DNA of 64,000 nucleotides. Source: Trypanosoma brucei. Its lineage: Eukaryota. Below, piece by piece: positions 56,178 through 64,000 of this stretch. Below the pieces are notes generated by a model. That model did not search any database. It was not told the origin of the DNA and saw only the letters and a program-made list of their open reading frames with translations. The stretch covers positions 3,168,001 to 3,232,000 of the forward strand of contig CM000208.1 of assembly GCA_000002445.1 (NCBI GenBank), read 5' to 3'. A program made the translations under genes and the position numbers. Each line of letters starts with the position of its first letter. The first letter of the stretch is position 1.

Positions 56178-56822
56178 TTAGTAGATACGCTGCGACTTCC
56201 CCATCGTCGACTTGATGTACGCGGATTTCAGATTCTGCCAGTTCTTCTTCAACAAAGACACAAGGAAGTTGATCGCCATAACAACATTCTGGCGTACCTG
56301 ATCCTCCGTCATATCGACATGGCCGACGCATGTTCCAAGGCAGAGCACCTTCTTGAGCTGAAACTTCACTGTGGACTGAAGCTCGAGCACCTTGTCCGGC
56401 AGGCTCTCATTCTGCGCACACACCGTAGGGAACTTACCTACACGATGCATGTGAGGGCCGACAAGACGCGGGACTGTCTTAATGATAGACTCCGAACACA
56501 AGAAGGCATCGTACTGGTTACACATCTTTTTCACCAGCTTCTTGTTCTTGTTCAGTTTCTTCAGTTCCTCCTGGTTCATGGTCGGGACGTCATTCTTCTT
56601 GGCGATGTCCTCGTGCACGAGGTCACAGAGAAGGCAGACAGTCATACGGGGGCGGCACACGTGCGGGAGGCGCACAGAACCAGAGAAACGCTTGTCCTTT
56701 TGGGGGTCGTAGTTCTTCAGGTTTACTTGCAAATCAATGCTCTCCTTGAACTTACGCTCCTTGCGATCTTTCAACACATTTTGAATAGCCTCAGAAAGCA
56801 GTGCTGGAGGGATCTTAGACAT
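56178..56822 (-). CDS. RPL10A: 60S ribosomal protein L10a (uL1)
   Basis: Full-length similarity to eukaryotic L10a/L1 (MSKIPPALL...[24 protein letters not shown]...). 214 aa. Confidence 0.9.
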
Positions 56823-57439
56823 CGCTCAAATGTTAACTGAATGAGTTAAAATATTTGTGTGTTGGTGTGTAGATTCGCTCGCACGGGTAATTGCGACTTA
56901 AGGACGGGAAACTGAACTCGGCTCCTCGTTCTCGCGTGGCTTTCTTCCTTAGAACGTAACTTCTATTATGGCTGTTGTTTGCTAATCGTGGCACCTCCCA
57001 TACGTTTTTTGAGGTTGGTGAGCAAATAGACGAAAGGGTAGAGGAACCGAATGAATAGAAATGAATGGCACGACATGCTATGCCGCTGGTACCAAAAAGT
57101 AGTGACGAAGCGAATCTTTGCATGAGCACAAACAGAATGCATGATCCCTCAACCTTCCTAGAAAAAAAAAATATTGTGCGAGTGAAAGATAATGCGGTCT
57201 TTACCCGAACCCCGTCCGCCCTACAGAGTTTGGCAAACAAATTCCTGCGCTTCCAAATTTCTCCCTTTGCCGCAATTATGAAAAAAAAATGTAGTTGCCG
57301 TTAGAGATGCGAAATCGAAACACCAAGAAACAGACGTGTCGTCAACAACAAATGAAGTGGATGATTATGAAGTCCTTCAACATGGGAAGCGTGTATGCTC
57401 CCACCCCCGATACCCCACTTCCGCCAGGAATGGGTTGCA

Positions 57440-59149
57440 CTAGTACTGCGGCTGGTTTTGCGCGTCCATTAGCTTACCAACTAGCTGCTCAACAGTTGGT
57501 GTCACCGGGCGCTCTCCCCACAAGCGCTCCAGGTCCGCGCTCATGAGCTCCTTTTTACTTAGCAGCTCGCCCACAACGATCTCAACTTTTTCGGTATTAT
57601 TTTTGATTATGTCCACCGCCATCTGGTATGAGAGGGACACAAGTTTCATGGCCTCCTTTTCTGCCAGATGCTGCGCTTTATTGGAGTAGTTCACAAACAT
57701 GCGACCAGCTTGGGTTGACTCCGGATGATATGCAAGTAACCCGGCGTCAGCGTCCATACCGAAGGCCATCATTTGCTTCAATGCAAGGTCAGTGGCACGC
57801 TGAAGATCATCCATTGCACCGGCGGAAGGATTTCCCAGCAGCGCTTCCTCCGCAGCTCGACCACCCAACATGACAACCATGTCAGCCAAAAGAGTAGCAT
57901 TTGTTTGATACTCGTGATATTCATTTCCTGCGCGTTGCGTGTACCCAAGAGCCTGTCCGCGCGGAACGACACTCACTTTCAGTACTCGTTTCACCGTGGG
58001 CAACATCCACGCTGTCAACGCGTGGCCTGTTTCATGGATAGCCGTTCTCCGAAGTGAAGTTTCACTTTGGCGGTTCCTGTGCTTGCTACCCACCAACGTG
58101 TTGTCCACAGCCTCAAGGAATGATTCCTTCTCCACTAGCTTCTTTTCCTGAATACCGCTCTGCAATGCCGCCTCGTTTACAACGGTAGCAATTGTTGCAG
58201 GAGAGAGACCAGGTGTCATGTCGGCAAGCTCTTTTGCTAGAACTAAGTTGCTGATTCGGTCGTCCACCTGCAACGGTTGCCCCTCGTCGTCCGTGGTTCG
58301 TCCTTTAGGGTCACCAGTACAAACACGATCCAAGTAGTGTTTAAATACCTCCACTCGCGCAGCTTTGTCAGGCATCTCAATGTTAATCTTGCGGTCAAAC
58401 CGACCCTCACGAAGGAGTGCCTTGTCAATATTGTCCTGAAAGTTCGTTGCTGCCATGACGATAAGTACGTCGGAACCTGAATTCAACCCATCGAGCTCCG
58501 CGAGGAGTTGATTGATTGTCCGGTTTTCTTCACTGCTGACAGACCCTCCCCGTTTTCCCGCACGTGAACCTATGGCGTCAATTTCATCAATGAAAATAAT
58601 TGCGGGTGCGGCTCCTCTAGCTTCCTCAAACAACTCCCTGACACGCTTAGGTCCGCTGCCACCCATTAACTCAATAAAGTCTGAGCCGCTGCAACTAAAG
58701 AATGGCACATCCGCCTCACCAGCAACAGCTTTTGCCAGCAAGGTTTTTCCAGTTCCTGGTTCACCAGTCAGTAAGCACCCCTTCGGAAGTCGCGCACCCA
58801 GGCGCGTAAACTGGTTTGGGTTCTTCAGAAATTCCACATAATGACGAACCTCCTCCTTAGCCTCAGGTATGCCGATCACATCGCTAAACCTTGTGCCTTT
58901 CACTTCAACACGGAATTGTCGCTTCTTTATTGGCATCATTTGTTCCATAAAGCTATCAAACATATTGTTTTTGGCTCCCGTAGGGGACTGGCGGCGCATG
59001 TAAACCCACGACAGTGCGATTGGCACACCGAACCACAGTAAAGGCCCAAGTGATGGACGCAGCCAGTTATCCTCAGTGCGCGACCGATGGGCATAGGCGT
59101 CGTTGAGCCCACGGACGTATTCGGAGTTGGTGTTGCTAGCAGTGCTCAT
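57440..59149 (-). CDS. ATP-dependent zinc metalloprotease, FtsH/YME1-type (AAA+ ATPase plus M41 peptidase)
   Basis: Walker A GEPGTGKTLLAKAVAGEADVPFF and Walker B IIFIDEIDAIG are present, along with the second region of homology. The zinc-binding HExxH appears as AIHETGHAL. A single N-terminal hydrophobic segment (LGPLLWFGVPIALSWVY) suggests membrane anchoring. Confidence 0.8.
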   Translation of the reverse strand: MSTASNTNSEYVRGLNDAYAHRSRTEDNWLRPSLGPLLWFGVPIALSWVYMRRQSPTGAKNNMFDSFMEQMMPIKKRQFRVEVKGTRFSDVIGIPEAKEEVRHYVEFLKNPNQFTRLGARLPKGCLLTGEPGTGKTLLAKAVAGEADVPFFSCSGSDFIELMGGSGPKRVRELFEEARGAAPAIIFIDEIDAIGSRAGKRGGSVSSEENRTINQLLAELDGLNSGSDVLIVMAATNFQDNIDKALLREGRFDRKINIEMPDKAARVEVFKHYLDRVCTGDPKGRTTDDEGQPLQVDDRISNLVLAKELADMTPGLSPATIATVVNEAALQSGIQEKKLVEKESFLEAVDNTLVGSKHRNRQSETSLRRTAIHETGHALTAWMLPTVKRVLKVSVVPRGQALGYTQRAGNEYHEYQTNATLLADMVVMLGGRAAEEALLGNPSAGAMDDLQRATDLALKQMMAFGMDADAGLLAYHPESTQAGRMFVNYSNKAQHLAEKEAMKLVSLSYQMAVDIIKNNTEKVEIVVGELLSKKELMSADLERLWGERPVTPTVEQLVGKLMDAQNQPQY

Positions 59150-59496
59150 GTCTTAAATGCTGCGGAGCACGGTCGGAAAAATGTAATGTACTTAATTCTT
59201 TCCAAAGGAACACATGAATTGCCCACCAGAAAAAGAAAAGAGTAAAAAATAAAGATAATATGATTTTTCCCCCTTTTTTTTAAGAAAGTTTACAACCACT
59301 AAAGTCAGGTTAGAATAAGAGGAAAGCACCGGTAGAACACAAACTGGAGCGAAGATGAAATACACATGGCAACGGCGAGCATCCCCCTTTTTTTTTTTCA
59401 CACAAACCGAATAATATAAAGGTTTCCCTAATATTTTCTTGTACTATTCACAGAAACTGCCAAATTACGATGCTTGGACACACGGGTCTTAGCATA

Positions 59497-59850
59497 CTAT
59501 TTTGGTTGCGCTGGGGGTTGGTATGCCAGTTGTTTGATGACGTCAGCAGCTCGCTGCGCGATCTCTTGAAGCGGTACCCTCCTCCCTTCTTCAGTCAGCA
59601 ACGGGTGTGAAACTCTCTGCGGATTGTTGCTCAGCAGGTACGCTGCCAAAAATGCGAGTGGATCGGCGGGCCGCACTTTCACCACCTCCTCTAGTCCACG
59701 AAGCAACAACGGCAAAACGGTTGTCTCGAGATATGGCTGGTCCGGCAGCGCATAAACGGGCACCTTAGGTGGTGTAGGGGGCGCACGAAGATGCGCTGCT
59801 AGGCGGTCAAGCGGTGCATTCGCATCCTCTGATTCTTCTGGGGGGTTCAT
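59497..59850 (-). CDS. Dpy-30-motif (RIIa-like dimerisation/docking) protein
   Basis: YLETTVLPLLLRGLEEVVKVRPADPLAFLAAYLL matches the Dpy-30 motif (YL...V.P.L..GL.......RP.DP..FLA.YL). 117 aa. Confidence 0.6.
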   Translation of the reverse strand: MNPPEESEDANAPLDRLAAHLRAPPTPPKVPVYALPDQPYLETTVLPLLLRGLEEVVKVRPADPLAFLAAYLLSNNPQRVSHPLLTEEGRRVPLQEIAQRAADVIKQLAYQPPAQPK

Positions 59851-60199
59851 GCAACACTTTTTTCGTGTGTCTATGCTGTGTAATGTGCTATTATGTTTGC
59901 CTTTCTAACACAGGTCTGACCACGTCTCGCCTTTCTTGTTTACGAGTGTGGGAACTCTTTATACATAGAAGAGGAAAGAAAAGAAAAGTTATTAGCTGCG
60001 TTTAAAAGAAAAAAAAGGCCTAGTGGACCCCCAAAAGGTGAAAATGTTGGGTGAAGAGGCGTAGATGAGTTGCTATGAGCACGCAAAAAAAAAAAGAAAA
60101 CGAAATATTTGCTTTTCATTCCATTGCAATCCCAGGGGAAAATAGCTTAGCATCTGCTTCACGACGCCAATCCGGTGAAAGCCCATCGTGTACCTTTGC

Positions 60200-60460
60200 T
60201 TAATGATCTGGTTTTTTGCGGAATCCGCAGCCAGTTACCAGGATTGCCTTACCACCAGTGGGGCGGCAGAGCATGGTAGCGCAACCATTGCACTTAACCT
60301 CTGACGTGGCATGGCTGTATACCACAGTGATGTTCTTGCATCCGGGGCACTTGACGTCCATGAAATATGAATTGGGGCCCTGCACAAGACGACGGCGCTT
60401 GTGCTTCATGCGCTCTGTGCGCACCGTGGGGTAGCTGAGGTCAGAGTCGAAGAAACCCAT
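60200..60460 (-). CDS. RPS27: 40S ribosomal protein S27 (eS27), C4 zinc ribbon
   Basis: [13 protein letters not shown]...[40 protein letters not shown] matches eS27 including the C-x2-C...C-x2-C zinc ribbon. Start is set at the second Met ('cat' at 60458-60460). The ORF track extends 8 codons upstream. Confidence 0.9.
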   Translation of the reverse strand: MGFFDSDLSYPTVRTERMKHKRRRLVQGPNSYFMDVKCPGCKNITVVYSHATSEVKCNGCATMLCRPTGGKAILVTGCGFRKKPDH

Positions 60461-61454
60461 TGTAGCCTCTCTGTTCTTGCCCAATTAGACTAAGAACCCT
60501 CTATCCCCGAATGTGAGCTAAAAGAAAAAGTGCTTACCGCTGCAGGCTGTGGGCGCGTGCAAGCGTGAATGGCACCGCTAGTTTTCTCCGCCGGGGGAAA
60601 TCCAAGAATGACTTGAGCGAGAAGAAAGAAAATTGAATTGAAGGCAATGTAGTATTGACAAAAGTTTGCTATATGAAAGCCGAATCACTCTCACTGGTGT
60701 ACCCAGTACACACCCTTAGGATTTCGCTCACAGACACATAACGAACCACAGGCGAGGACCGGGTGACAAAAGAAACCGTGAATTCACAGGGAAGGAAAAG
60801 ATAAATTATTAATCACTGCCCCACCAATTGCACTATCCATGTGAACTGAAAATTAACTTGCGCACCACTTTCCATAGAAAAAGATAAGAAGCAAATTTGC
60901 ACCAGCAAACTAAACGAAAACAACGGCATACTTATACATGTCGTCACTCACGTACCCCTCCCTCACCACGTTCATATCGACTGACTGTCACTTGTATAAA
61001 TTGCGATTTTAGTTACCCTTGTGAATGTGTCCAGCATTTTTTTTTTCACACCTTTTCCTCTCCAATAACAGTCTACACTGCCGTAGAGTTGCCCCCGATG
61101 TGGTATAAAAAAAAAAAAAAGAGTCAATGATAAGTGGAAAAAAAAAGACACGACGCACATTCACCGTAAAAGAACTAACAAATCACACAGCACATACACC
61201 TTTCACGCCACTAACGCAGATGGCACATAGTGCCTTTGAGTGGCGCAATACCAGAGGTGAGGACACCTCCGTGTTTCTACAACTCACTAACATGAGAGTA
61301 AAGGCAGAAGGGCATATACATACCGAAGGTTGTGGTGCGCAGTTTGTACTGTGCCATACGCAGACGCACATACGTAAGGGTTTAAGTGCGACTCCTACCC
61401 TTCGCATACGTATTTGGACGCTTATCAACCTTTTACGTATCGAATTTTTGACCC

Positions 61455-63062
61455 CTACTTACGAGCCTCGAAGCAAGTGACACACACACGCTCCGGCACG
61501 TCACCCCTTAGCGGCAACTGGAACGGTGAACAGGTGGCACAGAATACATACCCACACGCGCGGCAGTGGTGTCTACGGCGCTTGAATGTGAACGGTTGCT
61601 GGCACCTGTTGCATTCTTTTGCGGCATCGTCACTCTGCCACTGCACCGCTTCAACAACCTCCTCCTGCTTCAACCCACCTCCACCCACTTGTGCGGCTCG
61701 CATATGCGCGGGTTGCTTCGCGGAGCACATCTCACATGCCTCGAGCGCCCATGTGTTTTGGTATGTACAGGAGGGGCAGCTCCACCACTTGGGCGAGCCC
61801 AAGTTCTGCTCTTCGTTGTGGTCCTTTTTGGATGGCGCCAGGTGGCGGGGCCGTTGCCCGCTCTGACACGCAGTACACAATGCCTCACTGACAGGGTTCT
61901 CCAGAGTGCAAGCGGAGCACACCCACGTGAGATCCCCCGCGGTGCCCACATCAGTGCGCAGTTGAGTGCTTGATTTGTCAACGATGGGCGTTCCGTTGCT
62001 TTGATAACTCTGGCATTTCTCACAACGTGGGTTTGTGACTTTGTTATTTTTTCCGCAGATACCGCAGAGCCAAGCATTGGCAACCACGTGGGAGGAAGCA
62101 GTTGGCCCACCAACTATCGATGCAGTGGTAACAGGTGTGCCATTTTTCTGATAACTGTGACATACTTTGCAGTTCGTGTGGTGCGCCTCATTAGGTGCGA
62201 AACACATACTGCAAAGCCACGCAGTAGGTCCAGCAACTGAAGCTGCCAAAGGAACATTGTTGTGCCTATGCGGCGCTGGTGCACCGTGGTTTCCACTCGG
62301 AGGACCCGCGTTAACGGGAAGGTTGCATCCCGGCCGGCCAGCCTCGCACATTTCGCAAGTGTTTACGGTCAACGGATTCCGATAGGTACACTTTGGGCAA
62401 CCCCAGGTTTCCAGTTCTTCCCGTTTCCTTCGTTCTTTCTCACGTTCTTTCTCAATCTCCTTGCGGAGTTTAATAATCTTCTCCAATTGTTTCCGATCCT
62501 CCTCCTCTTGAGCCAATGCGAGGTCATTCGCGGACACAGCAGGTCCTACAGCACCTGTTCCTGCGACAACAGGGATCTGCGCCTGCAAAGCATTCGCCGT
62601 GTGGGGCACAACGGCAGAAAAAGCAAGCGCTTCTGGGACTATAGAACCGTGAGGTGCAGTGATTGGCGGCGAAGAGTAAGGCGCCACTTGCGGGGGAAGT
62701 GGAGCTGGTGGTGGCTGCACCTGAAGCGGTGGTGGAGAATATGCCGCTCCCCCTAGAGTCGACGTAACCGGGATAGTGGGGTTAGCAGCCGTAGCCTGAT
62801 ATATGCCAGGTGCATAACCCTGTACATGCCGGTGTTGCTGGGTTGCACCGTGACAGGTGAAAGAAGGAGGAGCGGAGGCCACACTCTCGAAAGGCGGCGG
62901 GGGCGCAGAGGGTAGCAAAGTGTTCACGCCGAACGGGTCGTGCTGCTGCATCACCGGGGGGGGAGGTGGGTCACTGGGTGGTGGTGGTGGCACGTAACCG
63001 CCAGTTTGGTTCTGACGCCCCCGTGACCCCGTGTCAAAGAGATCGTCCAAGTTGACATTCAT
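61455..63062 (-). CDS. Protein with Pro-rich N-terminal half, five RanBP2-type zinc fingers and a C-terminal FYVE zinc finger
   Basis: Five matches to W-x-C-x2-C-x3-N-x6-C-x2-C are present (WGCPKCTYRNPLTVNTCEMC, WLCSMCFAPNEAHHTNCKVC, WLCGICGKNNKVTNPRCEKC, WVCSACTLENPVSEALCTAC, WSCPSCTYQNTWALEACEMC). A FYVE signature follows: WQSDD...CNRC...RRRHHCRACG...FCATCS...RVCVTCF. Confidence 0.75.
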   Translation of the reverse strand: MNVNLDDLFDTGSRGRQNQTGGYVPPPPPSDPPPPPVMQQHDPFGVNTLLPSAPPPPFESVASAPPSFTCHGATQQHRHVQGYAPGIYQATAANPTIPVTSTLGGAAYSPPPLQVQPPPAPLPPQVAPYSSPPITAPHGSIVPEALAFSAVVPHTANALQAQIPVVAGTGAVGPAVSANDLALAQEEEDRKQLEKIIKLRKEIEKEREKERRKREELETWGCPKCTYRNPLTVNTCEMCEAGRPGCNLPVNAGPPSGNHGAPAPHRHNNVPLAASVAGPTAWLCSMCFAPNEAHHTNCKVCHSYQKNGTPVTTASIVGGPTASSHVVANAWLCGICGKNNKVTNPRCEKCQSYQSNGTPIVDKSSTQLRTDVGTAGDLTWVCSACTLENPVSEALCTACQSGQRPRHLAPSKKDHNEEQNLGSPKWWSCPSCTYQNTWALEACEMCSAKQPAHMRAAQVGGGGLKQEEVVEAVQWQSDDAAKECNRCQQPFTFKRRRHHCRACGYVFCATCSPFQLPLRGDVPERVCVTCFEARK

Positions 63063-64000
63063 TACAGCTGCTTGATAATATATATATATATATATATTTA
63101 TCAGCAGAAGTTAGGTGCTCAAATACCCGCTTGGTTGCAACAAGGTCACTTAAGGGTGACGGTGTGTAATATATACGATAGCAGACAAAAGAAATAGGAA
63201 GAAGTGCGTCCAGAAATTCCCACCGAAGAAGAGATTTGACAAAGCTCTCACCCTTTAGAACGAAAGCATCAAAATAAACAAAATGAAAAAATAAGAGGGA
63301 AGGCCGCAAAACAGAGTAGTAGAACGTTGCTGCAAACAGCAGTGACGGAAGAAACAACATCATTGAAAGCTCACGTACGCAGTCGCGGTACTACTAGGCA
63401 ACGATCCCCGAATAGGCCAATCAAAAGAACACTGAAGCACCTTTTAGCTGGCAGACAAGAGTACTGCACCCTCTGTTCTCAGGCCATGGACAACAGGTTG
63501 CCAACAATAAGGAAAATGCACACACATCTGTATGTACGCATCTATGCGGGCAGAAGTGGGTTCAGCGTCACAATTTTCTCAAATGCAGCAAGCATCGTTA
63601 GCATTAAACACATCCGTAAGGTGAAAGCCTCAGTCAAACAAAGCACGATGTACAAAACAAAGGGATTCATCGTCCACTTCCATAAAAGTCAATGCGGCAA
63701 TATAACGTCGACACTTTTGGATAAAGGGAAATCGAGACAATGTGCTCCATTAACGCTTCTCATTCAACTTATAACGCTTTACCTCGGCACACACGACATG
63801 CCCCCTCTCCTGACCTTCACATGCGTTTAGACGAGGGAAAAGCACAAAGGTTCATGTGATGCAGCACTAGCACATACTCAGACTCAAGTGCACACGCACC
63901 TTTATTGACTTGGTCCCACATATGTGTGACACAGAATGATAGCGCAAAAAAGAAAAAGACGGCAACATCCGTCGACAGCAACACCGATGATAACAACCGG

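Noticed and set aside
1-64000. Looked for a prokaryotic-style novel defence or accessory system (operonic nucleases, ATPases, toxin-antitoxin pairs, CRISPR).
   Set aside because: Gene content and organisation are unmistakably eukaryotic and kinetoplastid, for example 80S ribosomal proteins, RPB5, mitochondrial-targeted enzymes and a polycistronic single-strand layout. No such system is supportable.

Overview
This 64 kb window looks like a nuclear chromosome segment from a kinetoplastid (Trypanosoma-like), not a prokaryote. Every convincing ORF is on the minus strand (about 27 genes, transcribed right to left). There are no introns, and the inter-ORF gaps are pyrimidine- and purine-rich and low-complexity, with microsatellites. 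This is the signature of a single unidirectional polycistronic transcription unit. There is no strand-switch region, tRNA, rRNA, CRISPR array or prokaryotic defence system. Genes I can support from the sequence: a giant HEAT-repeat protein (5' end only, runs off the window); a CDP-alcohol phosphotransferase; two tandem RNA polymerase subunit RPB5 paralogs; mitochondrial EF-Tu; a Tctex-type dynein light chain; a divergent AAA+/ORC4-like protein; a PAP2 lipid phosphatase; citrate synthase; a PP2A-A-like HEAT protein; a protein with a Sestrin/PA26-like core; two tandem CAMK-type kinases; ribosomal proteins L10a and S27; an FtsH/YME1-type AAA metalloprotease; a Dpy-30-motif protein; and a protein with five RanBP2 zinc fingers plus a FYVE finger. 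Structural features worth a second look: two near-identical 848-bp direct repeats 5.9 kb apart that bracket two genes; a roughly 200-bp near-perfect gene-conversion tract shared by the two tandem kinase genes; a 2.4-kb microsatellite-rich gap; and a 3-kb gene-free gap. Everything is inferred by eye from the translations and sequence; I ran no searches.
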